42,092 nt of DNA from Eledone cirrhosa (GCA_964016885.1 CAXHJY010000948.1:1-42092), one strand, 5' to 3'; positions 1 to 11,772 are shown, counted from the first letter of the stretch. Numbers and translations: made by a program. Notes: generated by a model from the sequence alone, not told the origin.

Positions 1-1
1 T

Positions 2-850
2 TTCTCCATCTCTATTAATAACAATATTCCTAAATTATTTTTTAGTGCCTTAAATAAATGCTTCCCTCCCTCACATATCTATAGTAAAATATTTAACAAA
101 CACACCATCAAATTTTCGTATTCTACATCCTCCAATATTTCCAACATCATCTCTAAACACAACAACAAAATATTAAATACTAAATCTCTTCCTTCCAATA
201 TCGAACTTCATAATAACAGTAATAGTACTCCCGACGTCATTGTAAACCCTAGGCTAACTTCTGTAAACCCAAATACAACGTCAAACACAACTTCGCTAAA
301 TGTTCATAATCCAACTCTAAATCAAGAAACTATTATTCCTATTATTCCTATCGCAAACAACTTCTCCAATCCAATTCCTTCTATAGATAACACTAGATCA
401 CTCATTAATAATCTCTCTAATTGCAACTGCCGCATCAAAAATAAATGTCCTCTCAACAACCATTGCCTCGATAAAAACTTAATTTATGAATGTAAAATTA
501 TAACTAGCACCAATTCCTTCACCTATTTTGGCTCCACTTCCACCTCTTTTAAAGCTCGTCTCTATAATCATCATTCATCTTTCAAATACAAACTTAAAAG
601 AACTAACACTGCTCTCTCAGAACTCATATGGTCCTTAAAAGACAAAAACATTAAATATAACATCTTTTGGAGAAAGATTTCTTCTGCATCCTCATACTTG
701 AACAGCTCTCTATCTAAAATCTGTAATCTCTGCCTAAATGAAAAATTTACCATTATCTCTAACCTAGATTCTATAATAAACAGACGCTCAGATTTGTTTT
801 CTATCTGCCTGCATAAATTCCATAGAACTTTTCACAAAGTATACAGTTAA
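2..850 (+). CDS. Penelope-like element ORF, C-terminal part (linker + GIY-YIG endonuclease), runs in from window edge
   Basis: Frame 2 reads FSISINNNIPKLFFSALNKCFPPSHIYSKIFNKHTIKFSYS...CNCRIKNKCPLNNHCLDKNLIYECK...YFGSTSTSFKARLYNHHSSF...CNLCLNEK...HKVYS and stops at TAA 848-850. It is homologous to the 29215-30624 ORF and absent from the ORF track because it has no start codon. Confidence 0.9.
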   Translation, partial: FSISINNNIPKLFFSALNKCFPPSHIYSKIFNKHTIKFSYSTSSNISNIISKHNNKILNTKSLPSNIELHNNSNSTPDVIVNPRLTSVNPNTTSNTTSLNVHNPTLNQETIIPIIPIANNFSNPIPSIDNTRSLINNLSNCNCRIKNKCPLNNHCLDKNLIYECKIITSTNSFTYFGSTSTSFKARLYNHHSSFKYKLKRTNTALSELIWSLKDKNIKYNIFWRKISSASSYLNSSLSKICNLCLNEKFTIISNLDSIINRRSDLFSICLHKFHRTFHKVYS

Positions 851-1841
851 TATTCAATTCTTTATCAATTTAGAATCTTTTCTCAAAGGCACATATACAT
901 ACACCTCTTTAAAATATACCCATCTACCTTACCTTACTTTAAAGGGCATTATACACTCTATAATACTCGTTTACTCATTACCCTCATTCTATCTTCTCGT
1001 AAAATAATATTTGTTTTTGACATTTTGAATATTCATCCGCAATCATTATTATTTTTTCTCTCTATCATAAATCTTTTTAATCTCAATTTCATCCTTAATT
1101 TATTATTATTATTTTTTTCTCCCCATCAACGAACTCATTATTAATACATATCAATTCAATATACAAACTTTAACTTCACATTATTTTTCTCAAATCCTTC
1201 TACACACAAACCATAACAACTTTTCTCTTCGCTAATTTTGAAATTGCCACAATACATAATTTCTTCTTTTGACGTTAGAATATTCACCCACAATTATTAT
1301 TATTTTTTTCTCTCTATCTTCATACATAATTTCCCTTCGTTAATTTTCAAATTCCTTTAATTTATACATTATCTTCCAAGGGTTCCCAACCTCTCTATAT
1401 TAAAACAATATATCTTTTTCTCAGTTATAAAAACTATCTCTTTCTCTCTATCACCCATCTCTCCCTCTCCACCTTCACTCTCATCTCCTCCCCCCTTTTT
1501 TTCATCCTTTCCACCCCCCCCTCCCTAAATAAAATATTTTTTCCTCGCACATATCCTCCCTTCGTTAATTTTCAAAATTTTTAATTTATACAGTATCTTC
1601 CAACGGTTTTCAACCCCTCTATGTAAAAAATATATCTCCTCTCAGTTATAAAAACTATCTCTTTCTCTCTATCACCCATCTCTCCCTCTCATCTCCTTCC
1701 CTTTTCATCCTTCCCCCCCCCCCCTCTCTAAATAAAATATTTTTCCCAATATCACACATCAATCTAAAACCACTTTTCATATGTTGATTTAAAACTGCAC
1801 TATCAACAAGTGTTTTTTAGCCTTCATATCATGTTCTCCTG

Positions 1842-1908
1842 TTTTATCTGATGAAAACACAAATATTATTGCTTGATGATGTTTGTTTTTGAAATGCGCA
1901 TAATAAAA
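1842..1908 (+). ncRNA. Type I minimal hammerhead ribozyme (PLE pLTR)
   Basis: ttttat-CTGATGA-stem II (aaacacaaatatt/gatgtttgtttt)-GAAA-tgcgca-TA-ataaaa, with stem I ttttat/ataaaa and palindromic stem III ATGCGCAT. Confidence 0.85.
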
Positions 1909-2031
1909 TATATGGAACTCCTTTAACCATCTTTTGATCTTATATTATGCATACTCCAGTCCCACAAACTGTAGAGTGCTTCTTATCCGATATCTGCATT
2001 GCTTTATTGTACTACAATAAAACTCACCTCC

Positions 2032-2262
<231 letters not shown>

Positions 2263-2276
2263 TATATATATATATA

Positions 2277-2360
<84 letters not shown>

Positions 2361-2403
2361 TATGTATACATATATATATAATTATATATATATATAATTA
2401 TAT

Positions 2404-3232
2404 ATATAGAATTCACAAGAATCAAAGCTATGTTCAAAGCATTTATTCACTTACAATTGTTTCATCCAAACCTAGGCTTGGATTCCTCGGAGCATTTTCC
2501 GATGTTTGCTCATATAATTGACCTCTTTTCCGATGCAAGAGACATACAGATACATATATATATATATATTGATGTACATTTTAATTTTAATTTTAATTTT
2601 AATTTTGATTTTGATCTTAAATTTGAATTGCTGTAGAAAATAGTATAGTGTAATATATGTCACTCTACTGTACATCAATATATATATATATGTATCTGTA
2701 TGTCTCTTGCGTCGGAAAGGAGGTTACTTATATGTGCAAACATTGATAAATGCTCCGAAGACTCTAAGCCTAGGTTTGGATGAAACAATTGTAAGTGAAT
2801 AAATGCTTTGAACATAGCTTTCATTCTTGTGAATTCTATATAACTGCTCTGTAGAACAACTGATGTTATTACATTGAGCTATTTATCTTACTGGTAATAA
2901 GGTAGTAATAAATTACTGACCTTCACTGTTTAAGGTTTAAAATATACATAACTATAAAAACTTAATATATACATAATGAAGGCGTGTGGCTGAGTGGTTA
3001 GAGAATTGGATTCGCAATCATAAGGTTGTGAGTTCGATTCCTGGACCAGACGATGCGTTATGTCCTTGGGCAAGACACTTTATTTCACGTTGCTCCTTCT
3101 ACCTGGAGTTGCGACCGATAGATAGTATTAGCAATTGGAAAGACCAACGGAAACATTGTTCCCTCGGTCCGATTTGACGAAAGTCGATCGACTCCTTTTA
3201 TATACATAACCATAAATAGTATCCTTAATATT
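2404..3232 (+). mobile_element. Short PLE pLTR insertion with inverted 5' copy (arms ~2404-2578 and ~2669-2842) and a 3' tail
   Basis: ~175-bp inverted repeat, each arm carrying an HHR-like motif (2448-2494 on -, 2751-2797 on +). Homologous to 13170-13490 and 22750-22900. Confidence 0.75.
2977..3198 (+). mobile_element. tRNA-derived SINE (CORE-like central domain) with 11-bp target site duplication
   Basis: A box TGGCTGAGTGG (2987-2997), B box GAGTTCGATTCC (3030-3041) and CORE-like tgtccttgggcaagacactt. TSD tatatacataa at 2966-2976 and 3199-3209. It interrupts sequence that is contiguous in the homologous copy at ~13440-13490. Confidence 0.85.
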
Positions 3233-3281
3233 ATAATTATATATATATATATATAATATATAATTATATATATATATATAT

Positions 3282-3312
<31 letters not shown>

Positions 3313-3356
3313 ATTATATATATATATATAATTATATAGATATATATATATAATTT

Positions 3357-3394
<38 letters not shown>

Positions 3395-3430
3395 AAGAAA
3401 TATTAAAACAATGAAATTAATTCATAGTAA

Positions 3431-4000
3431 AACAAAAGGGCAACGATGGTTGCTAAACACTGTACGGCTTAATTCGGGATGTTTGTTTACAAACAAACAG
3501 AGCATTATAATAAATGTTCGGTGAATCCATACGTACATATATATATGTGTGTATGTATGTATATATATACATACTACTGTACGTCTGTATACATATATGT
3601 ATGTACGTATACATACTTATATTTAAGTAACAGCCGTACTAAGAGTGAGAAATGAAATTTTGTTTCATTTTTTCCATTTATCGTTTTCGGTGCGCCCGGC
3701 CGATTAACTCACTCGATATGCAAATTAGGCTGCTCAGCCGTTAATATGCATCAGGCAAGTATATACTTTCAGACGTTCAATCATCTGGCAGGAAGGTATA
3801 CGGTGCTGACGATAGCTAATAAGCTTGAAACTAGTACATCGTTCCTTTGTCAGTGTTGAACAAAAGGGCAACGATGGCTGCTAAACACTGTACGGCTTAA
3901 TTCGGGATGTGTGTTTAAACCACACCGAGCATTATAATAAATGTTCGGTGAATCCATACGTACATATATATATGTGTGCATGTATGTGTATATATACATA
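3431..4000 (+). repeat. ~428-bp-period partial tandem repeat (1.3 copies) with one HHR; retrozyme-like family A
   Basis: aacaaaagggcaacgatgg...ccatacgtacatat occurs at 3431 and 3859, with an HHR at 3793-3847 between the two. Confidence 0.7.
3793..3847 (+). ncRNA. Type I hammerhead ribozyme
   Basis: aagg-TAT-acggtg-CTGACGA(3806-3812)-t agct aata agct t-GAAA-ctag-TA-catcgt-T-cctt, with palindromic stem III ACTAGT. Confidence 0.85.
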
Positions 4001-4018
4001 TAATTATATATATATAAT

Positions 4019-4053
<35 letters not shown>

Positions 4054-4101
4054 TATATGTATATATATTGTATATATATATATGTATGTATATATATATA
4101 T

Positions 4102-4182
<81 letters not shown>

Positions 4183-4207
4183 AATATATATATATATATA
4201 TGTATGT

Positions 4208-6306
4208 AATTGGAATAAATGCTCTGAAATAGCGATATATATGTGAATATAGACATAGAATATTCGAAAATATTCTGTATGTTTATAATAAACATTTTGA
4301 AGACCTAATCGCTATAGAATAGAATACGTCACGTATTACAATTAGATTCTCGATAAAAGCAAGGGAAGTAATCTACGCGTTTCATTCTTATTAGAAATCT
4401 TCAGGACCACATATCCAGTGCTTTTATCGAGAATGACACAGCTAGAGACTTATAGAATACTTAGCTGTGTACATGAACTGGTTTGAAAGAGCGGTTGCCG
4501 GTCCGGCAGAAATTAGAAATTGGAATAAATGCTCTGAAATAGCGATATATATGTGAATATAGACATAGAATATTCGAAAATATTCTGTATGTTTATAATA
4601 AACATTTTGAAGACCTAATCGCTATAGAATAGAATACGTCACGTATTACAATTAGATTCTCGATAAAAGCAAGGGAAGTAATCTACGCGTTTCATTCTTA
4701 TTAGAAATCTTCAGGACCACATATCCAGTGCTTTTATCGAGAATGACACAGCTAGAGACTTATAGAATACTTAGCTGTGTACATGAACTGGTTTGAAAGA
4801 GCGGTTGCCGGTCCGGCAGAAATTAGAAATTGGAATAAATGCTCTGAAATAGCGATATATATGTGAATATAGACATAGAATATTCGAAAATATTCTGTAT
4901 GTTTATAATAAACATTTTGAAGACCTAATCGCTATAGAATAGAATACGTCACGTATTACAATTAGATTCTCGATAAAAGCAAGGGAAGTAATCTACGCGT
5001 TTCATTCTTATTAGAAATCTTCAGGACCACATATCCAGTGCTTTTATCGAGAATGACACAGCTAGAGACTTATAGAATACTTAGCTGTGTACATGAACTG
5101 GTTTGAAAGAGCGGTTGCCGGTCCGGCAGAAATTAGAAATTGGAATAAATGCTCTGAAATAGCGATATATATGTGAATATAGACATAGAATATTCGAAAA
5201 TATTCTGTATGTTTATAATAAACATTTTGAAGACCTAATCGCTATAGAATAGAATACGTCACGTATTACAATTAGATTCTCGATAAAAGCAAGGGAAGTA
5301 ATCTACGCGTTTCATTCTTATTAGAAATCTTCAGGACCACATATCCAGTGCTTTTATCGAGAATGACACAGCTAGAGACTTATAGAATACTTAGCTGTGT
5401 ACATGAACTGGTTTGAAAGAGCGGTTGCCGGTCCGGCAGAAATTAGAAATTGGAATAAATGCTCTGAAATAGCGATATATATGTGAATATAGACATAGAA
5501 TATTCGAAAATATTCTGTATGTTTATAATAAACATTTTGAAGACCTAATCGCTATAGAATAGAATACGTCACGTATTACAATTAGATTCTCGATAAAAGC
5601 AAGGGAAGTAATCTACGCGTTTCATTCTTATTAGAAATCTTCAGGACCACATATCCAGTGCTTTTATCGAGAATGACACAGCTAGAGACTTATAGAATAC
5701 TTAGCTGTGTACATGAACTGGTTTGAAAGAGCGGTTGCCGGTCCGGCAGAAATTAGAAATTGGAATAAATGCTCTGAAATAGCGATATATATGTGAATAT
5801 AGACATAGAATATTCGAAAATATTCTGTATGTTTATAATAAACATTTTGAAGACCTAATCGCTATAGAATAGAATACGTCACGTATTACAATTAGATTCT
5901 CGATAAAAGCAAGGGAAGTAATCTACGCGTTTCATTCTTATTAGAAATCTTCAGGACCACATATCCAGTGCTTTTATCGAGAATGACACAGCTAGAGACT
6001 TATAGAATACTTAGCTGTGTACATGAACTGGTTTGAAAGAGCGGTTGCCGGTCCGGCAGAAATTAGAAATTGGAATAAATGCTCTGAAATAGCGATATAT
6101 ATGTGAATATAGACATAGAATATTCGAAAATATTCTGTATGTTTATAATAAACATTTTGAAGACCTAATCGCTATAGAATAGAATACGTCACGTATTACA
6201 ATTAGATTCTCGATAAAAGCAAGGGAAGTAATCTACGCGTTTCATTCTTATTAGAAATCTTCAGGACCACATATCCAGTGCTTTTATCGAGAATGACACA
6301 GCTAGA
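4208..6306 (-). repeat. 310-bp tandem array, left arm (~6.8 units, 7 HHRs on - strand); non-LTR retrozyme-like family B
   Basis: tggaataaat recurs at 4211, 4521, 4831, 5141, 5451, 5761 and 6071. Units look identical. tcttcag (reverse complement of CTGAAGA) is at 4398+310k. Confidence 0.92.
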
Positions 6307-8604
6307 TTACTTCCCTTGCTTTTATCGAGAATCTAATTGTAATACGTGACGTATTCTATTCTATAGCGATTAGGTCTTCAAAATGTTTATTATAAACATA
6401 CAGAATATTTTCGAATATTCTATGTCTATATTCACATATATATCGCTATTTCAGAGCATTTATTCCAATTTCTAATTTCTGCCGGACCGGCAACCGCTCT
6501 TTCAAACCAGTTCATGTACACAGCTAAGTATTCTATAAGTCTCTAGCTGTGTCATTCTCGATAAAAGCACTGGATATGTGGTCCTGAAGATTTCTAATAA
6601 GAATGAAACGCGTAGATTACTTCCCTTGCTTTTATCGAGAATCTAATTGTAATACGTGACGTATTCTATTCTATAGCGATTAGGTCTTCAAAATGTTTAT
6701 TATAAACATACAGAATATTTTCGAATATTCTATGTCTATATTCACATATATATCGCTATTTCAGAGCATTTATTCCAATTTCTAATTTCTGCCGGACCGG
6801 CAACCGCTCTTTCAAACCAGTTCATGTACACAGCTAAGTATTCTATAAGTCTCTAGCTGTGTCATTCTCGATAAAAGCACTGGATATGTGGTCCTGAAGA
6901 TTTCTAATAAGAATGAAACGCGTAGATTACTTCCCTTGCTTTTATCGAGAATCTAATTGTAATACGTGACGTATTCTATTCTATAGCGATTAGGTCTTCA
7001 AAATGTTTATTATAAACATACAGAATATTTTCGAATATTCTATGTCTATATTCACATATATATCGCTATTTCAGAGCATTTATTCCAATTTCTAATTTCT
7101 GCCGGACCGGCAACCGCTCTTTCAAACCAGTTCATGTACACAGCTAAGTATTCTATAAGTCTCTAGCTGTGTCATTCTCGATAAAAGCACTGGATATGTG
7201 GTCCTGAAGATTTCTAATAAGAATGAAACGCGTAGATTACTTCCCTTGCTTTTATCGAGAATCTAATTGTAATACGTGACGTATTCTATTCTATAGCGAT
7301 TAGGTCTTCAAAATGTTTATTATAAACATACAGAATATTTTCGAATATTCTATGTCTATATTCACATATATATCGCTATTTCAGAGCATTTATTCCAATT
7401 TCTAATTTCTGCCGGACCGGCAACCGCTCTTTCAAACCAGTTCATGTACACAGCTAAGTATTCTATAAGTCTCTAGCTGTGTCATTCTCGATAAAAGCAC
7501 TGGATATGTGGTCCTGAAGATTTCTAATAAGAATGAAACGCGTAGATTACTTCCCTTGCTTTTATCGAGAATCTAATTGTAATACGTGACGTATTCTATT
7601 CTATAGCGATTAGGTCTTCAAAATGTTTATTATAAACATACAGAATATTTTCGAATATTCTATGTCTATATTCACATATATATCGCTATTTCAGAGCATT
7701 TATTCCAATTTCTAATTTCTGCCGGACCGGCAACCGCTCTTTCAAACCAGTTCATGTACACAGCTAAGTATTCTATAAGTCTCTAGCTGTGTCATTCTCG
7801 ATAAAAGCACTGGATATGTGGTCCTGAAGATTTCTAATAAGAATGAAACGCGTAGATTACTTCCCTTGCTTTTATCGAGAATCTAATTGTAATACGTGAC
7901 GTATTCTATTCTATAGCGATTAGGTCTTCAAAATGTTTATTATAAACATACAGAATATTTTCGAATATTCTATGTCTATATTCACATATATATCGCTATT
8001 TCAGAGCATTTATTCCAATTTCTAATTTCTGCCGGACCGGCAACCGCTCTTTCAAACCAGTTCATGTACACAGCTAAGTATTCTATAAGTCTCTAGCTGT
8101 GTCATTCTCGATAAAAGCACTGGATATGTGGTCCTGAAGATTTCTAATAAGAATGAAACGCGTAGATTACTTCCCTTGCTTTTATCGAGAATCTAATTGT
8201 AATACGTGACGTATTCTATTCTATAGCGATTAGGTCTTCAAAATGTTTATTATAAACATACAGAATATTTTCGAATATTCTATGTCTATATTCACATATA
8301 TATCGCTATTTCAGAGCATTTATTCCAATTTCTAATTTCTGCCGGACCGGCAACCGCTCTTTCAAACCAGTTCATGTACACAGCTAAGTATTCTATAAGT
8401 CTCTAGCTGTGTCATTCTCGATAAAAGCACTGGATATGTGGTCCTGAAGATTTCTAATAAGAATGAAACGCGTAGATTACTTCCCTTGCTTTTATCGAGA
8501 ATCTAATTGTAATACGTGACGTATTCTATTCTATAGCGATTAGGTCTTCAAAATGTTTATTATAAACATACAGAATATTTTCGAATATTCTATGTCTATA
8601 TTCA
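6303..8604 (+). repeat. 310-bp tandem array, right arm (~7.4 units, 7 complete HHRs on + strand), inverted relative to the left arm
   Basis: gattac recurs at 6305, 6615, 6925, 7235, 7545, 7855, 8165 and 8475. The unit is the reverse complement of the left-arm unit. Confidence 0.92.
6554..6642 (+). ncRNA. Type I hammerhead ribozyme of the 310-bp monomer (representative of 14 copies)
   Basis: attctcgataaaagca..gga-TAT-gtggtc-CTGAAGA(6584-6590)-t ttct aata agaa t-GAAA(6605-6608)-cgcg-TA^gattac-T-tcc..tgcttttatcgagaat. It has a 16-bp perfect distal stem I and palindromic stem III ACGCGT. Predicted cleavage is at 6614/6615. Confidence 0.9.
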
Positions 8605-8632
8605 TATATGTATGTATATATATATATATATG

Positions 8633-8674
<42 letters not shown>

Positions 8675-8705
8675 TATATATATATATAATTATATATATA
8701 ATTAT

Positions 8706-8895
8706 AGATAGAAGAGCTTCTACAGGACTAGAACTGTTTCATTCCTGAGAAATCATCAGTAAACCCTGATCATTTCTCACGAATGAAACAGTTCTAGTCC
8801 TGTAGAAGCTCTTCTATCTCAAAACATTTATACTCTGACATGTATTGAGTACCTTATTTACTGTGGTTACCTCCGATTCAACCGGGAATAACTTA
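8706..8895 (+). mobile_element. Miniature inverted pLTR pair (54-bp arms 8706-8759 / 8766-8819, 6-bp spacer) of 5'-truncated HHR-like motifs plus ~75-bp tail
   Basis: The minus strand reads CTGATGAtttctcaggaatGAAAcagttctagTC and the plus strand reads CTGATCAtttctcacgaatGAAAcagttctagTC. Flanked by (TA)n. Confidence 0.65.
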
Positions 8896-8899
8896 TATA

Positions 8900-8979
<80 letters not shown>

Positions 8980-9031
8980 CATATACATATACATATACAT
9001 ATATATATATATATATACATATAGATACATA

Positions 9032-11752
9032 CTAGCAGTTTAGCCCGGCGTTGCTCGGGTTTGTTCATTTGCTATGAAAAGTTACATAGTGGTAAACGTG
9101 GCTTGAAATCGAATAAGTTTATCAATTAAGTGCATAAAGCAGTTGAACCGGTTATTAAAAGTTACGAACCAATTAGCATTTTTGACAATCAATAATGGGT
9201 TAAAATCTTCCAATAGCGAATTTACTAGGCCAAAGTTGCAAGATGTTGGCCCTGATGCCACTGGGTGTCAGATCTGCCCGCCATGGTGACCCTACCAGTT
9301 TTCCTGACGGCATAGCTCCAACACCTGCACCAACATCTATAGCACCTCTTTGTAGATGATATTGCGTGTCATCCCTTGAGGAGTGTCAGCAAAAAGTCCA
9401 TTCCTGCTCCCTACGTGGGAAGAGGCAACATAAAGTTGGCCATGGGAGAAGCATGGCTCCCCCCAATGGATGCCCGCCACCGACAATATTTGCCCTTGTG
9501 ACTTGTTAATGGACATGGCAGAACATGGTCTAATCGGGAATTGAGATCGCTGGAAATCGAACGGAATATCTGACGCCGAGGGGAAAAGGTTCATCCTTGG
9601 AATGAAAACATTGTCGAGGTTTTTAAAGTTAGATGAGACATTAGGAAAAAACTGCTTCCCAAAGGCCAGAAGGGCTGCTCACAATGTTGCACAGGGAGTC
9701 GATTGCTATGCCGCCCTTGTCATCCGCAGGGACCTTGCTCTCACCAAGTGCTAAAATGTTCTGAGCAAATGCTGCAGACATGTTGTCACCATGCAAATGA
9801 GCACGCATATTTGTACTCAGGTACAAACTCTTCACCTGGAGCCACAACATGGACGACTTAAGGCAGGCACGCACTTCATCAGCTCTTGTCCCTTTGGAGA
9901 TCACAGGCAGTGTTTGCCGAAAATTCCTTGATAGCAGAAGGGTTACGCCACCCATAGGAGCCGTAGAATCCCTAATGTCTTTAAGGGTCCTGTCCAATGC
10001 CTCAAGGGCACCCTTGTGTGCCATTGAGCACTCACCTCAAACAATGAGGCAACCATTTTTGAGAACCAGAGCTTCGTGTGAACTCTTGCTGATATTGCAT
10101 GTTGGTGTCTCAGTTTTTACTAAATCCAAGGGGAGTCTAAAGTTTAAATGTGCTGTCCTGCTTCCCGGCAGCAAAGTAGCAGCGATCCCGGACGATGCAA
10201 CGGCCAACGCGATATTTTTCTCCTGACGAATCTTAGCGAGAATCAATTTCGTTACAAACGTTTTTCCGGTACCCCCAGGTACCGAGAAAGTAAATACCCC
10301 TAGTTTGATTTTGAACCGTGTCAATGATAGTTAAATAGGCCAACCTTTGGTCCGACAGAAGTTTGGGCTCATTTTCCTCTAAGTATTGGGAAAGAGATTC
10401 GATGTCATATGCTGTTGCCCGCAACAAATCCGGGGCCAACGTTTTAGCTTCTTCTCTGATGGTTTACGGCAAGCCATACGTCGCCAACTCACTCCCACCC
10501 ATGTAGAGGAGGGAGTCCTCGATATCAATGAGTGCCCTGTTGTAGATAATGCAACTTCCACTGAAGGATACTGCAGATGAGTCAGGCGCAGGAAGTCCTC
10601 AGACATGAAGTCTCTGTACTTGATCCATAAAGATTTGGGATCACCCAATTCACACTTTTGAAGCCAAATGGCAAAGAGTTCCCGTAGACCTTTAGGTGAT
10701 TTCAACAAATCACCTTCTGCTAAAGTGGAATCCCATTGCGAATCATCTTCCAAAAGACCACTCTTAAAGCAGGCTTCCCGGTACGTATCACATATTTCTC
10801 CATCAACAGTTTTGAGGTCCTGAAAACTTTGTGGGCCTACAACTTCATGCAGAAGAAGGCAGAGATGAAAGCACTTATGCTGACTTATGGGGCACAGTGT
10901 AAATCCTTCCAATAGAGCTGTCAAATTTTACACCAGGATGTCTTTCAACAGCCTGACCCGACTTTCTTCGCACCCAAGTGTTTTTCGACCATATAAAGTA
11001 GGATGGAACCTGGGGGTACACAATTGTTTGTGCACGACCCCCCTTTCAGACACGTGTGATGCTCATTAGGACCCGACGCACACGGACCATGTTAGCTTTG
11101 ACGATCTCATGTAATTCCTGGTCAGTTACTGGGTTAGGGATTTCAGCCGAAATGAAGCTGTCTTTGACATTTGAATTGATTTTATCAGCTAACCAAATCA
11201 AAATGTGAGCATGTGGCAGCCCTTGTTTTTGTCATTCGACGGTGACATGTCACATTTTACAGCCCCAAATACCTGACCCTTTTTGATTAAAGCCATGAGT
11301 TTAGCCAGTTTCAGTCTGAACACTATGGCAATGAGGTCATGTCTGTTCGAATAATTTTGCCCAGGAAAATGTTTACGGGTTACATTCCGATTCATATGTC
11401 TATAGCACTAATCTGTTATATGAAGTGTTATTTTGAGGGTTGTTATTTGCAAAAAAGCCGATTGAAAATGCCCCAGATAAGCTGCATGTCAATACGGAAC
11501 GCTCCACTGCAGTGTTGTCATGTAGAGAGTGAAGAGCGACAGAGACAGTAAAGCAGTTAAATTATAGAGAGGGGGAATGATCATGATCGATTTTTGCCCT
11601 TATTGTTGATGGAATTGAAATGTTTTGCTTCATGACCTTTTCCTGACCAAAAGCAATAATTGTCCCGACTTTGAATAGAATCCGTTGGAAATTGCGGACG
11701 TGAATCCGTTACAAACCTTAACACACACATTCTCAGATTTTATATATAGAGA
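9032..11752 (-). mobile_element. Helitron, internally deleted and degenerate, both termini present
   Basis: 5' end TCTCTATATATAAAA at 11752. 3' hairpin CCCGAGCAACGCCGGG (9044-9059) followed by CTAG ending at 9032. Inserted between A and T. Carries RepHel fragments. Confidence 0.9.
9337..11380 (-). pseudogene. Helitron Rep/PIF1-helicase (RepHel) pseudogene
   Basis: Rep HUH motif VE*QKQGLPHAHILIWL (~11190-11240), Walker A PGGTGKTF, ASSGIAATLLPGSRTAH, FRQTLPV, QFPIRPCSAMSINKSQGQ and CFSHGQLYVASS, with multiple frameshifts and stops. Confidence 0.92.
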
Positions 11753-11772
11753 TATATGCATATAAATATATA

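Noticed and set aside
2978-3050. tRNA gene
   Set aside because: A and B boxes continue into a CORE-like body and are flanked by a TSD, so this is a SINE head.
4285-4330. Possible opposite-polarity ribozyme in the 310-bp monomer (TTGAAGA)
   Set aside because: No correctly placed GAAA/stem III and an unpaired U3-G8, so an ambisense ribozyme is not supported.
4208-8604. CRISPR-like array or rolling-circle-translated ORF
   Set aside because: Units are identical with no variable spacers, there are no cas genes, and no ORF of 60 aa or more is reported in the array.
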